64,000 nucleotides of DNA from an uncultured delta proteobacterium (GTDB lineage Bacteria > Desulfobacterota > BSN033 > UBA1163). The number at the start of each line of letters is the position of its first letter. Positions within the stretch are counted from its first letter, which is position 1. Shown here in pieces: positions 1-10,382 of the stretch. Position numbers and translations under genes: made by a program. Location of the stretch: NCBI GenBank assembly GCA_963708295.1, contig CAVPSJ010000016.1:1-64000 (forward strand). Direction: 5' to 3'. The notes below the pieces were generated by a model. That model was not told the DNA's origin, ran no database searches, and worked only from the letters and a program-made list of their open reading frames with translations.

Positions 1-431
1 CTTTCAATGTTTTGTAAGGGGCATCAGCCCGGATGATCATCACAATAGAATGGACGGATAGACGGCAAACGGGGATCAGATCTATAAAGGTTCATAGGGC
101 AGCTTCTGGAAATGGGGTGTCACCAGGTCATGGCCGGATCCATATCCTAAGTAGAGGCTATAACCATCAGCCTTGGACCGCACCACCCCCTCTGTTCCAG
201 TCACACCCACCTCCTCCCGGTTTGTTTATGATGACGAGGGGTTTATCAAAATATTTGGGAGCATATTTTGCTGCCAAACGCGCCAGCACATCGGTCGAAC
301 CTCCGGCCGCAAAGGGGACGACTATTTCAATCGGTTTGGTCGGAAATTTTTCAGCGGCTCCGACCGTAACTGGAATGAGCAAAAACAGACAAAGCGTCCA
401 TACGCAAAGAAAACTTCTTGTTCTTTCTCAT
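1..431 (-). CDS. tctC: Tripartite tricarboxylate transporter substrate-binding protein (TctC/Bug); frameshifted, runs off the window
   Basis: ATG at 431 after GGAGG. FPTKPIEIVVPFAAGGSTDVLAR and INKPGGGG motifs; continues in other frames as GTEGVVRSKADGY...ADAPYKTLK. Confidence 0.85.
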
Positions 432-507
432 ATCTTTCCTCCTTTTGACTAAAAGTTTTAGATTGTCTGATTTCGAAATTTGTTTCCTTCTTTCCTCCCC
501 TCTCCAT

Positions 508-2015
508 TCATGAGACTCTTGTCCATTTACCCCTTACCGCTCTAACGATCTGAATGAATATGAAGAGAATGAGAAAACCCATCATTGCCCCTGAGATGGG
601 ACGGTTGAAAAAAATGAACGGGCTTCCTGCAGAAATGAGAAGGGCCTGCCGTAATGATCTTTCCAGGATCGGGCCCAAGACAAAAGCGAGAATGAGAGGG
701 CCTGGTTCCATATCCACCTTTCTGAAGAGATAACCGATCACTCCAAAAATCCCCATCACCCAAATGTCGAAGACCGTGTTTCGAATGCTGTAGACACCGA
801 TGCAGCAGAAAAGGACGATGATGGGAGCAAGAATAGCATAAGGAACCCGCAGCACCTGGACCCACATCCCCACCAGAGGGAGGTTGAGGATCAGGAGCAT
901 CACGTTGCCGATATACATGGAGGCCACGACTCCCCAGAAGACATCGGGATGTTCCGTGATGAGAAAGGGACCCGGCTGCACCCCCTGAATCAGCAGCGCT
1001 GCGAAGATCATGGCGATGGTGGCATTTCCGGGAATACCCAGTGTCAGGAGCGGGATGAAGGATGCGGTAGCCGCGGAGTTATTGGCGGCCTCGGGGCCGG
1101 CCACCCCTTGGATGGCCCCCTTTCCGAACTCCTCGGGGTGTTTTGAAAGCTTCTTTTCGACGGCGTAAGAGACGAGGGAGGAGATGACGGCCCCTCCGCC
1201 GGGCAAGATCCCGATGAAAAAACCGATGAAGGACCCTCGAACGATGGCCCACTTTGATTCGGCCCAATCCTTTAATGTGGGCCAGAGATGGGTGATCTTC
1301 CTTGTCACCAGTTCGGTCGTCAATTCCTTTTCGAGATTGATAAGAATCTCTCCGATACCGAACATGCCCATTGCCAATGTGACGAAATCGACCCCTTCCT
1401 GAAGCATGAAGAATCCCCAGGTGAAGCGGATCGCTCCGGAAATGGGATCGAGTCCGACCGATCCAGAAGAAGCCCCAGGACGACCATGATCAGGCCTTTC
1501 ACAATGGAGGTTCCGCCAAGAAGGGTCGCCATGAGGAGACCTAAAAGCGTCAACGAGAAATATTCCGGAGGGCCAAATTTCAAGGCAAATTCTGCCAGGG
1601 GAGGAGCGACGAAGGTCAGGCCGATGATTCCGATCGTTCCCGCAATGAATGATCCGATGGCTGCGATGGCCAGGGCAGGGCCGGCCCGGCCCTTCAGGGC
1701 CATCTGATAGCCGTCGATGCAGGTGACGACGGAAGCGGCCTCGCCCGGGATGTTGACGAGGATCGACGTGGTCGATCCACCGTACATGGCCCCATAAAAG
1801 ATCCCTGCCATCATGATGATGGAGGTGACAGGGGACCCGATCTTGAAGCTGAGAGGAAGAAGCAGCGCGATCGTGGCTGCCGGGCCCAGCCCGGGAAGGA
1901 CACCGACCGCGGTTCCGAGAAGGGCTCCGATCAAGGCGAAGGTCAGGTTGGTCAGACTAAAGGCGATGCCAAACCCGTTGGCCAAGCCCTGAAACAAGGC
2001 GAAGATTTCACTCAT
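508..2015 (-). CDS. tctA: TctA permease, split by one frameshift near 1400-1460
   Basis: N-half has GVLPGLGP and [15 protein letters not shown]; C-half has GPEAANN and LLTLGIPG. Confidence 0.92.
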
Positions 2016-2028
2016 GCCTCTATCCTTC

Positions 2029-2439
2029 CTATTTGAAGAACCCCATTGGCAGTGGAACTTCGAGAAAAAAGCCGAAGATCAGGTAAAGCCCAACGGTCAC
2101 GCCAATGGAAATAAACGCCATTTTCAACCAATGAACTCGTTCGATCACTCCCATCCAGATGAGGAGGAAGATGAACGTCGTGAGAGGGAATCCCAGCGTC
2201 TCAATCCCCAGGGCATAAAGTCCAAGGATCACGACACCGAGAAGTGGTCTCAACCAGGTGCGACTGGGCCAGAAGGGTTTGGAAGGGGTTCCCTTTTTCA
2301 AACGGCTGATGATTAAGGCCAGGGAGAAGATGATGAGGATGATGCAAAGTCCAAAGGGGAGAAATCCCACCCCGGGATGTCTGAAGCTCCCCATCTTAAG
2401 GTGCGCCGAACTCCACGCCCCCACCACGCCGATCACCAA
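2029..2439 (-). CDS. tctB: TctB small membrane subunit (true start probably about 35 nt upstream)
   Basis: Four hydrophobic segments, PGVGFLP, C-terminal LEVPLPMG; lies directly upstream of tctA. Confidence 0.85.
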   Translation of the reverse strand: MVIGVVGAWSSAHLKMGSFRHPGVGFLPFGLCIILIIFSLALIISRLKKGTPSKPFWPSRTWLRPLLGVVILGLYALGIETLGFPLTTFIFLLIWMGVIERVHWLKMAFISIGVTVGLYLIFGFFLEVPLPMGFFK

Positions 2440-2515
2440 GAGAATGTATCCTGTGATCCGATCCCACTTTTCGATGGGTTCTCCCTCCGTTCGATTTCAG
2501 CTTAAGAGGTTTCAA

Positions 2516-3034
2516 TCAATCACGGGTCTTACCGAAATGGATGAATCCCTTGAGGGGTTTTCGTATTCCCTCTGGAGATTCATCCGGGATGCCGATGGGA
2601 AGCAAGGAGACTACCCGAACCGTCTCCGGGAGCTCAAAGAGCTTCCGAATAGAGGCTTCAGCCTCCGTTCCCCAGATCCCGATCCAACCGGCCCCCAGCC
2701 CGAGGCTGCAGGCTGCAAGGGCCATATTCTGTGTGGCTGCTGCCCCGGCTTCAATTGCATGAAGCGGGTCGATCCGACGATCCACGCAGACCAGAATGAC
2801 CACAGGGGCTTCATTGATCCCCAGGTGGAGCACACTCTCCCTGGCTGCTTTGTCCAGGGCGTCTTTTAATCCCGGATCTTTGGTGACGATGAATCTCCAG
2901 GGCTGGAGATTGCTGAACGAAGGGGCCCATCTTCCCGCATCAAGAATGATCCGGAGATTCTCATCCTTGATCGGATCGGGTTTGAATTTTCGAATCGTTC
3001 TTCGCGTTCTGATGGCTTTCAATACCTCATTCAT
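2516..3034 (-). CDS. Nitroreductase family protein
   Basis: RRTIRKF, APSFSNLQPW, QNMALAA.SLGLG motifs. Confidence 0.9.
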   Translation of the reverse strand: MNEVLKAIRTRRTIRKFKPDPIKDENLRIILDAGRWAPSFSNLQPWRFIVTKDPGLKDALDKAARESVLHLGINEAPVVILVCVDRRIDPLHAIEAGAAATQNMALAACSLGLGAGWIGIWGTEAEASIRKLFELPETVRVVSLLPIGIPDESPEGIRKPLKGFIHFGKTRD

Positions 3035-3316
3035 GCCCTACTCCTTCTTGAGGGAAGATTAAGAGGTAGCATAGTGAAATCGTCGGGAGAAGTCAACTCA
3101 GAAAATGGTCTTGCCCACCGAAGTTTTTCGTTGGCAGCGACCGTAAATCCCTCTCGAGGCTTCTTAAAGCCCGCGTTAAGGAAACCCAGATCAAGGCCGT
3201 AAGATATTGAAACCCACTCTCTTACTTCAACTCAGGCAGCCAAACTCTGAAGCGGTTGGGCCGATGGAGCCTCTTCAGGGACCCATCCAGATCGCGGGTG
3301 AAAATTGGCCGGATTC

Positions 3317-4264
3317 CTAAGAAAAAGGTTCCCCCCATTCATGCCTGATTTTAGAGAGAAAGACTTCAAGATCTTTTCGCGAGGGGAGGGAGGGCTGGGC
3401 GCCCAATTTCGTCGTCGCGAGGGCTCCGGCCCCATTCGCATATCTTAAAGCTTCTCGAATCGGTTTGTTCTCAGCGAGGCCAGTGGCCAGAGCTCCCAGG
3501 AAGGCGTCCCCTGCGGCCGTGGTATCGATCACTTTCACTTGGAAAGCATCCATCCAAAATTCCTCGCTTCTGTTTTTGAAAAAGAGCCCCTTCGGACCTA
3601 GGGTGATCACGACATTCTTTACACCCATTTCAAATAACCTTGCGGCCATCTTTCGAATATCCCGATCCCCTCTCCATTTTATTCCCGTCAAGGATTGAGC
3701 CTCTGTCTCATTGGGCACAATAAAATCGACCAAAGCCAGGAGAGAACGCGGAAGTCTAGCCGGAGGGGAAGGATTGAGGAGAGTGAGGGCTCCCTCATCT
3801 TTCGCCAGCCTCATCCCCTTCTCAACGGTTGGCAAAGGGATTTCCAATTGAGTGGCAAAGACCCTGACTCCTCTCCAGCAGGGTTGCACCCTTTTCAGAT
3901 CCCTTGCAGAAAGAGAGGCGTTCGCTCCTGGAAAGACGACGATTCGGTTCTCTCCCTTGGGAGTCAATTCGATCACTGCCATTCCTGTCGGAAGTCTCTT
4001 GTCCTCAAGGATCGGTTTCCGATCGAGACCGTTTTTGACCAAGTGTTGACGGTAGGATTTTCCATAGAGGTCACTCCCTACCTTGGTAATGAAGCAGACA
4101 TTTCCTCCAAGGCGCTTCGAGCTCATGGCCTGATTCGCCCCCTTCCCCCCCAAAAAAGTAGCCTGGCTTTCTGCCGATATCGTCTCCCCGGGATGATGAA
4201 ATCTTGGAATAGTGAAGACCAAATCTACATTGCAACTGCCGAGGATCAGAATTTTCTTTCCCAT
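3317..4264 (-). CDS. rbsK: Ribokinase (PfkB family)
   Basis: GS.NVDL, GGKGANQA, PNETEA, DTTAAGDAF; ATG at 4264. Confidence 0.92.
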   Translation of the reverse strand: MGKKILILGSCNVDLVFTIPRFHHPGETISAESQATFLGGKGANQAMSSKRLGGNVCFITKVGSDLYGKSYRQHLVKNGLDRKPILEDKRLPTGMAVIELTPKGENRIVVFPGANASLSARDLKRVQPCWRGVRVFATQLEIPLPTVEKGMRLAKDEGALTLLNPSPPARLPRSLLALVDFIVPNETEAQSLTGIKWRGDRDIRKMAARLFEMGVKNVVITLGPKGLFFKNRSEEFWMDAFQVKVIDTTAAGDAFLGALATGLAENKPIREALRYANGAGALATTKLGAQPSLPSRKDLEVFLSKIRHEWGEPFS

Positions 4265-4268
4265 GAAT

Positions 4269-5192
4269 TCACCCCAATCTTGATAGGAAGAGATCCAGGA
4301 ATCCCTTTGCATTGACTTCCAGGCAGACTTCTATCTTCGGCCCCTCTCCCATTTCGGAAGTTCTGCCGTAATATTGACCTTCGCGGGTTTCAACACTCAT
4401 CGGAAGCCTTACCTTCCTCACCAAATCAGGATCAACGACCACTCCGACCGCCAGAGGGTCATGGAGGTGGATGAGTCCCTTATTTCTAAATTGATGTCTT
4501 TCGGGATCATATCCTGTTGCCTCGATGGCGAATTTGGAAAAGTCATTATTGATAGGCTTCACCCGTTCTTCCATCCGTAGGGGTGTGAGAGAAACCTGGT
4601 GGGTCACATCGAGGGGGACCAATGTGATGGGTAGCTTTGATCCGAAGACGATGCTGGCGGCTGAGGGATCAGAAAAGACGTTAAACTCAGCATAGGGTGT
4701 AATATTTCCCGCTGTTCGAACCGCTCCTCCCATGATGACTGTTTCTTTCACCTTGTTCATCCCTTCCGGGTCTTTCTGGATGGCTAAAGCGAGGTTGGTC
4801 AGGGGGCCTACAGCAATGAGCGTCATTTCATCCGGATACTGGCGAGCCATTTTTAAAATGAGTTCGTCCGCAGGCCCATCATAAAATTGCCACCATTCTT
4901 TCTCTTCTCTCTGATCTATTTTTGCTCCTCCCAATCCGTCATGCCCGTGGACAGAGTGGGAGTAAACGGTTTTTCCTTTTAAAGGCTGTTCGGCTCCTCT
5001 GGCAATCAGCGGCTTGTTTTTGGGTTGTATCAGGGAAAGCACTTTTTGGATATTTTCAAAGACCTGTTCTAATGGGACATTTCCATTGACTCCGGTCACT
5101 GCTTTCACCTCCAGCTCAGGAGAATGAAACGCCAGGATTAAAGCCAGAGCATCATCCACCCCCACGTCGCAATCGATCATGATCTTCTTCAT
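4269..5192 (-). CDS. Inosine/uridine-preferring nucleoside hydrolase
   Basis: DCDVGVDDA, VHGHDGLG, GPLTNLA, AEFN, LHDPLA. Confidence 0.93.
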   Translation of the reverse strand: MKKIMIDCDVGVDDALALILAFHSPELEVKAVTGVNGNVPLEQVFENIQKVLSLIQPKNKPLIARGAEQPLKGKTVYSHSVHGHDGLGGAKIDQREEKEWWQFYDGPADELILKMARQYPDEMTLIAVGPLTNLALAIQKDPEGMNKVKETVIMGGAVRTAGNITPYAEFNVFSDPSAASIVFGSKLPITLVPLDVTHQVSLTPLRMEERVKPINNDFSKFAIEATGYDPERHQFRNKGLIHLHDPLAVGVVVDPDLVRKVRLPMSVETREGQYYGRTSEMGEGPKIEVCLEVNAKGFLDLFLSRLG

Positions 5193-5204
5193 GGCCTCAT
5201 CTCC

Positions 5205-5807
5205 TCACGCTATCTCGACAGATTTTTCGATTTCTATTTGAAATTCACGGCTGCCAATAAAATGGATCGCCTTTAAGCCCTGACTCGTGGCTCTTTTTAC
5301 ATTCTCCAGGTTGTCATCCACAAAGAGCACTTCTTCCGGTCGAGCGCCCAAGAGGTTGCAGACGTCCCTGAAAATGGAAGGATCCCTCTTCGTTTTTCCG
5401 AGGTGGAAAGAATTGAAGACATAATCGAAACGGTGATGAAAAGGGATCCTTTGGTTTAACTCGTCGAGCCAGTTGGTTTGATCACTCAGGATGGCCACGA
5501 TGAAGCCGGAGGATTTTATCTTTTTCACCACGGCCGTCATTTCCGGCCTTAACTTAAATCTTTTTAGAATCTCTTCCCTGAACTCCTGATCATCTCCTTT
5601 AGCGCCGGTCTTTTCTCGAACGGCGTTCCAGTAAGAATGTTCATCGCACCCTCCGGTGATATAACCCGTCTGGTATACGAGCTCAGCGGAAGTTGTGTGG
5701 AAAGCTTCCGGGTCGAGGCCTTTTCTCTTTGCGATCGCCTTCAGTCCCTCCCTGAAACCTTCTTCTGCCAATACCCCACCGAAATCAAGGAGAATCGCCC
5801 TAAGCAT
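5205..5807 (-). CDS. HAD-superfamily phosphatase
   Basis: Motif I DFGGVL, K.DP, FVDD..ENV. Confidence 0.88.
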   Translation of the reverse strand: MLRAILLDFGGVLAEEGFREGLKAIAKRKGLDPEAFHTTSAELVYQTGYITGGCDEHSYWNAVREKTGAKGDDQEFREEILKRFKLRPEMTAVVKKIKSSGFIVAILSDQTNWLDELNQRIPFHHRFDYVFNSFHLGKTKRDPSIFRDVCNLLGARPEEVLFVDDNLENVKRATSQGLKAIHFIGSREFQIEIEKSVEIA

Positions 5808-5933
5808 CTCTCTCCGCGCTGTGTCTTATAAGAGAATAAGACTCAGTTCAAAACATCATTATACTCTAATTGATCCCTGGCGCGTGTAAGTTTTGTTAGG
5901 AAAATTATCAGAAAACTTTCCCGAAAATTTCCC

Positions 5934-5962
5934 TTGACCCCTTATTCTTTCAGCACTAGAAT
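5934..5962 (+). promoter_or_regulatory. sigma70-type promoter
   Basis: TTGACC-17 nt-TAGAAT. Confidence 0.55.
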
Positions 5963-6070
5963 GCCGAATTGGAAAGTAAAGTGGCAGGCGACTGGCGGGA
6001 AGGGCAGGTGAGTCAAACAGGGAAGAGACAAGAGATCTTTTGACAGAACCGGAAAGATCACGGGGGATTC

Positions 6071-6232
6071 GTGGAGCCCTTAAAAGTGGTTGCACGATAT
6101 CTCGACGGGAGTATCATTAAGGGGTTCAGCCAGGATTTTTCCCCCAATAAAGATCGTTTTCATGTCTATCCAGCCGATAAATCTTCGGGCGAAGGAATCG
6201 AAGTATTTTTTAAAGTGTTAAAAGCTAGATAG
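6071..6232 (+). pseudogene. 53-aa ORF resembling the N-terminal half of a conserved deltaproteobacterial hypothetical protein (DUF6982-like), truncated
   Basis: GTG after GGGGGA; MEPLKVVARYLDGSIIKGFSQDFSPNKDRFHVYP...VLKAR*. Below the ORF-track cut-off; family recognised from memory. Confidence 0.5.
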
Positions 6233-6394
6233 AATTATAACTAATCGTTCTTGTTTCAGATGCGACCTTTTGAAAGACTTGCAGCCCGCCAGCCGCCCAG
6301 GAAAGGGTTAAGCGCGAGCGTCGGCTGATAAAATGCGCTTTTATGTATGAATGATTGGATTTTTGAAGCATGACGGTTGTAGAATGAAGGTGTG

Positions 6395-6988
6395 ATGCGT
6401 CGGTGGACAGCAGCGTTGATTCTAATCTGCGCCCTTTTTCCGGGGCTGGCTCTGGCAGATATCTACTACTGGGTGGATGACCGGGGCACTCAGCACTACA
6501 CGACGAGGCTCGAGAGCATTCCCGAGCCTTATCGTTCCAAGGCACAACACCTTTCTCTTCCCCCATCTCCTCCTGCGCCTCCGGAACTGGAACGAAGCCC
6601 GTCGCCGAAGGGACTGACGAAAATTCCATTCATCCAGGGTCTCCCTGTCCACGTCAGTGCCAAGATTAATGGCGCCGGGCCCATCACACTGATTCTTGAC
6701 ACAGGTTCTGACCGTACGTTGGTTGCGCCAGCCGCGCTGCAGAGTCTTGGCATTTCTACTGAGAATGGACCACGGGGCATCTTGAAAGGAGTCACCGGAA
6801 CAAGCTATGTAGATGCGGTGTGGGTGAACTCCGTGGAGGTAGGTGAGGCCAGGGTGGGGCCTCTTCTGATCGTCGTCTATGATGGCGACTTGAAAACGGC
6901 TGACGGTCTATTGGGCCGCGATTTTTTAGCCCATTTCAACGTGACGATCGACTCAAAGGAGGGAGTCGTCACCCTCGCACCCAATTAA
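6395..6988 (+). CDS. Secreted DUF4124 plus retropepsin-like aspartyl protease
   Basis: Signal peptide, ADIYYWVDDRGTQHYT, Pro linker, LILDTGS, GLLGRDFL. Confidence 0.88.
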   Translation: MRRWTAALILICALFPGLALADIYYWVDDRGTQHYTTRLESIPEPYRSKAQHLSLPPSPPAPPELERSPSPKGLTKIPFIQGLPVHVSAKINGAGPITLILDTGSDRTLVAPAALQSLGISTENGPRGILKGVTGTSYVDAVWVNSVEVGEARVGPLLIVVYDGDLKTADGLLGRDFLAHFNVTIDSKEGVVTLAPN

Positions 6989-7360
6989 TCCCTCTCTCTT
7001 CCTTTGCCATTCACTTAACTCCGAATCACTCCTCCTTACGCCGTATTTTCTCTCTGTCCCTACCCGACACCCAACTTATAATTTTATGGACGTCCCCCTC
7101 TCATTCCCGTCCCCCTCTCATTCCACAAAGCCACCTGCGGGATCGTAGTTTTTAAGGGTACCACGATGAGGGTCCTTAATAAGCAGGATCATAGAATTGG
7201 ATCTGTCTCAGGATGAGAAAAAAGGCCTGGATCAAAGTGCCAGAGCACTGGAAACAAAAGTCCATCTGGTCGAAAATTTGTAAACGAGGACCGATAGATT
7301 TCTTCAATTTGCCGTAGATATTGTAGTTTCAATGGTGAATCGCTTGTATGGGGTCGTCTA

Positions 7361-7756
7361 TCATTCGAAGGGCTTGACAACATTCACACGATGAGCCACG
7401 GCGTTGCTCCGTTCTATCTTTTCGTCTCGAAGATATTCAACATAACACTGCAAAACAGATGGACCATAACGAGCGACAAGCGGTACGTCGAAGTACGCAA
7501 ACGATCCATATTCTACGTCCTTTACGTCAACGCAGTACGGCCCATCCCCATACCAATAGAAACAAGCTCTGCGAATCTCAGGATGACCGTCTGCTTCGAA
7601 ATTGACACGGATCCAGAATTGCGAATTCGTCAGGATTCTTGCGGGGTCGCGGATCTCCATGTCCAATAGTCTAAGTTCTCCCTTCTTTAGCGTACAAGAA
7701 GAACTCGCCAACAAAATAGCGACACTCATTAGAATAGGCGCGAGAATCCTCTTCAT
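7361..7756 (-). CDS. Hypothetical lipoprotein
   Basis: GGAGG upstream; hydrophobic leader ending LASSSC. Confidence 0.65.
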   Translation of the reverse strand: MKRILAPILMSVAILLASSSCTLKKGELRLLDMEIRDPARILTNSQFWIRVNFEADGHPEIRRACFYWYGDGPYCVDVKDVEYGSFAYFDVPLVARYGPSVLQCYVEYLRDEKIERSNAVAHRVNVVKPFE

Positions 7757-8074
7757 CTCCCCACCTCCTATCAGACCGGATTGCCTTTGACTTTAGCGAA
7801 ATTCTCCGGCGGAGTCAACAGGAATTTGAACAGATGTTTTGAGGACATACTCTTCAAAAAACAGAAGACGGAGGGACATGTTTGAAGACAACACTTTTCC
7901 CCCTATCCTCCATCGGCGTGCGAATAACTTGCTAAAAATGAGATCTTATATTGCATGGAGATGCTTCCTTAGGTCTATTATACTGACCATTTATAATCGA
8001 GGATTTCCATCTGAAACATTCCACGGATAAGATCTATGCGGGTCTGAAGACTTCAGGAAATATTCTTCGGAAAC

Positions 8075-8107
8075 AAAGAAGGCAGGGCCATTTCTGAACC
8101 TGCCTTT
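8075..8107 (-). terminator. Rho-independent terminator downstream of the MerB-like gene
   Basis: AAGGCAGG...CCTGCCTT stem followed on the minus strand by CTTTGTTT. Confidence 0.55.
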
Positions 8108-8212
8108 GTAAAGAGGATGAAAAGGATGAGATATTAATAGGATAATAAGAAATGGAGTCAGTGTCTATTGGACTTTGGTCTTATATAGAAAACGTAGTTG
8201 AAAATTAACACT

Positions 8213-8982
8213 TTATTCTCTCTTCCTTCCAGGTTCTGGCTTAAATCCAAAAATTGCGCTTTGGATGATTTTCGTCCCTTCAACCATCTGCTTTGCTGTA
8301 AGGTATGCACCCCGCATCCTGTGCACCTTCCTCCGGTACTCTTTCGCGTGTTCTTCTGACCAGAAGAATAGACTCTCGTTTCAAAACGCATTGATAATGC
8401 TCTCATCTTCGAGCTTGAAGAGATTGACATCCGGCACAAAGACAATTGGCTTGCAGCCTTCCTCTCTCACGGTATAGTTCAGATCGCTGTCAATCTCAAT
8501 TTCCATCGGTCGGGAGCAGTGGGCACATTGCGTGTTGACGATAACCGACAAGGTTTCCTGCCTTAATTGCCCTTGCACGAAGGGCGCCGCAAACGCGTCG
8601 GCCGCTCAGGCTGCATATAACTGCTCACCCGTGCTAAATGTCAGGTGATGCGGGGTTTTATCAACCGTCACAGGATATGCCCAAAGACCTCTCCTTTCTT
8701 ATTTCTGAACAGGAAGGTCATACGCTTTTCTAAATCATCCAGAATCACTTTCACCCGGCTGATGGATAGCTTTAGACTGTTAGCAACGAATTCCGGCGAT
8801 AACGGTTTCCCGGCGTATGGGAGTTCTCTAACCACGAAATGATGCACTAAGCCATGTTCCTTAGAAGTGAAACTGTTCTCGGCTTCAAATTTCTTTTTCG
8901 CCTTGGAAATCTGTTTTTCCCATAAAAACGGCGGGACCTTAAATATGTACCGCCACAACCCAAGCATGAGTTTATCTTTCAT
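8213..8982 (-). CDS. MerB-like organometallic lyase with two predicted selenocysteines (UGA 8608-8606 and 8383-8381); one probable sequencing frameshift near 8685
   Basis: After +1 repair it reads WAYPVTVDKTPHHLTFSTGEQLYAA-U-AADAF...CAHC...IINAF-U-NESLFFWSEEHA to TAA at 8213. Both UGAs align with the MerB catalytic Cys motifs (LYAWCALD, SFCCHVHFF), and hairpins follow both. Confidence 0.8.
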
Positions 8983-9140
8983 TGAATGTTCCCCTTATAT
9001 CGACCGATCCTAGCGGCAATTCCTGCTCCAAAATCCCTTTTATACAATATCCTCTTAATCGTATTATCAATCGAACTCTTTATTTTCTTAGCCTAGAAAT
9101 ATCTAATCTCATTTTTCAAATCGGTGCCTCTGTACTCTTC

Positions 9141-9578
9141 CTATGGCTTAGGGAGCAGTCTAAGCTTTGATTGAGGCAGATCGATCCGCCGCGCCTTTTC
9201 TTTTCCGGAAATCATGATTGCTGCTGATACGTCGAAACAATCGTTCTCACCAACCCTAATGCGAATAACCCCATTGAGCTTGTTGATATCTGTTAGCATG
9301 GATGCACCGTGACCGGCCGAAGCATGAAATTCTTCAACCGCTGAAATTGCCCTTCCGATTTCGATATTCCAATCATCCGGAATCATCGTAATCGCTTCGA
9401 TGTGCCCGCAAGCAACAATAATTTGAACTTGCTCTATTCGCTCGCCATCTTTCTTGGACAAATCAATATTCGAGAAATGAAGCCGGTAGACGCCTTGAGA
9501 ATCAGCAGCGTGAGTCGTCGCACTCAGGAGGATAACGGCTAGCATCATCACCATAATTTTAGTATTCATAATTCTCAT
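9141..9578 (-). CDS. Secreted hypothetical protein, cassette-like
   Basis: Signal peptide ending THA-A; GTTAAGT (GTTRRRY) 5 nt before the ATG. Confidence 0.7.
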   Translation of the reverse strand: MRIMNTKIMVMMLAVILLSATTHAADSQGVYRLHFSNIDLSKKDGERIEQVQIIVACGHIEAITMIPDDWNIEIGRAISAVEEFHASAGHGASMLTDINKLNGVIRIRVGENDCFDVSAAIMISGKEKARRIDLPQSKLRLLPKP

Positions 9579-9744
9579 TTCACACTTAACAACCTGTTGA
9601 AAAGGCCCTTTCGACGAGTGAGAGCGACGTCTAAGGGGAAACTTTGACCCCTCCCATGCATGAGATTATGGATTCTGGCGCATACTATGGAGTCACTTTT
9701 TTCTTCATCTCGCCCAGGAAATCTGCTTGAGGACTTTTTTACTG

Positions 9745-9805
9745 CCGCAAGGTCAAGCTCGGCGGCGGCGCGTCAAGGCCATCCGTTGGAAAGTGTGGTT
9801 ATCCG
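9745..9805 (-). other. Degenerate attC-like site overlapping the 3' end of the HIT gene
   Basis: GGATAACCACACTTTCCAACGGATGGCC-TTGAC-GCGCCGCCGCCGAGCTTGACCTTG has an attC-like layout, but the terminal GTT is mutated. Confidence 0.4.
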
Positions 9806-10358
9806 CTATCCAGATTTTGTTGAAGATTTTCCTGAGTCTTTGAGCGTTTCTTGTCACCTTAATTTTTGTAGCCTTCCTAATTTTATTCCTAAGTTCTTTA
9901 CTCTTAGTTCCTGTAGTTGAATTGAGAAAATCAACAAAAAGACTAGCTGCAATTTCTTTCCTGCCTAAAAAAAACATGCCGTTTCCATCCTCTGTTGGTT
10001 TATTGACCATTTTGACAGGTTCCCCTAGTCTTTTCGGGATAAGATGGAAATGCAAATGTTTTGACCCTTTTCCAATATTCAGAGAAACAACCAAAATCTT
10101 TTGGATGCTAGAATCAGCTTTCCTAATAGACATACAAGCTTTCTTTAGAAGAACACCGAATTCTTCCATTGCTCTATAGGACAAACGATTGTCAGTTAGG
10201 CCATAAACATGGCGTTTGAATACAAGCATACAATGAAAATCAGATTGTGGCTCTCTATTTAGCATGAAAAGCCAATCTTTTGGTTTTCTTGAAACCACCT
10301 GATAACTATCAGGGAACTCTTCTTTGCAAAAAGTACAATTACTTTTCTTCTTTGTCAT
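9753..10358 (-). CDS. HIT-family nucleotide hydrolase, AT-rich, cassette-like
   Basis: N-terminal CTFC and histidine triad HLHFHLIP. Confidence 0.8.
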   Translation of the reverse strand: MTKKKSNCTFCKEEFPDSYQVVSRKPKDWLFMLNREPQSDFHCMLVFKRHVYGLTDNRLSYRAMEEFGVLLKKACMSIRKADSSIQKILVVSLNIGKGSKHLHFHLIPKRLGEPVKMVNKPTEDGNGMFFLGRKEIAASLFVDFLNSTTGTKSKELRNKIRKATKIKVTRNAQRLRKIFNKIWIADNHTFQRMALTRRRRA

Positions 10359-10382
10359 TTTTCTTGAAGTTAATGCTGCGGC

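Noticed and set aside
1-1500. Split tctA and tctC as pseudogenes (likewise the splits at 57360 and 59660-61260)
   Set aside because: Same indel pattern with uninterrupted homology across frames; treated as assembly errors.
7180-7285. Plus-strand fragment IIELDLSQDEKKGLDQSARAL...* resembling a malate/lactate dehydrogenase C-terminus
   Set aside because: Too short and lacks a start; at most a gene scar, and not supportable without a search.
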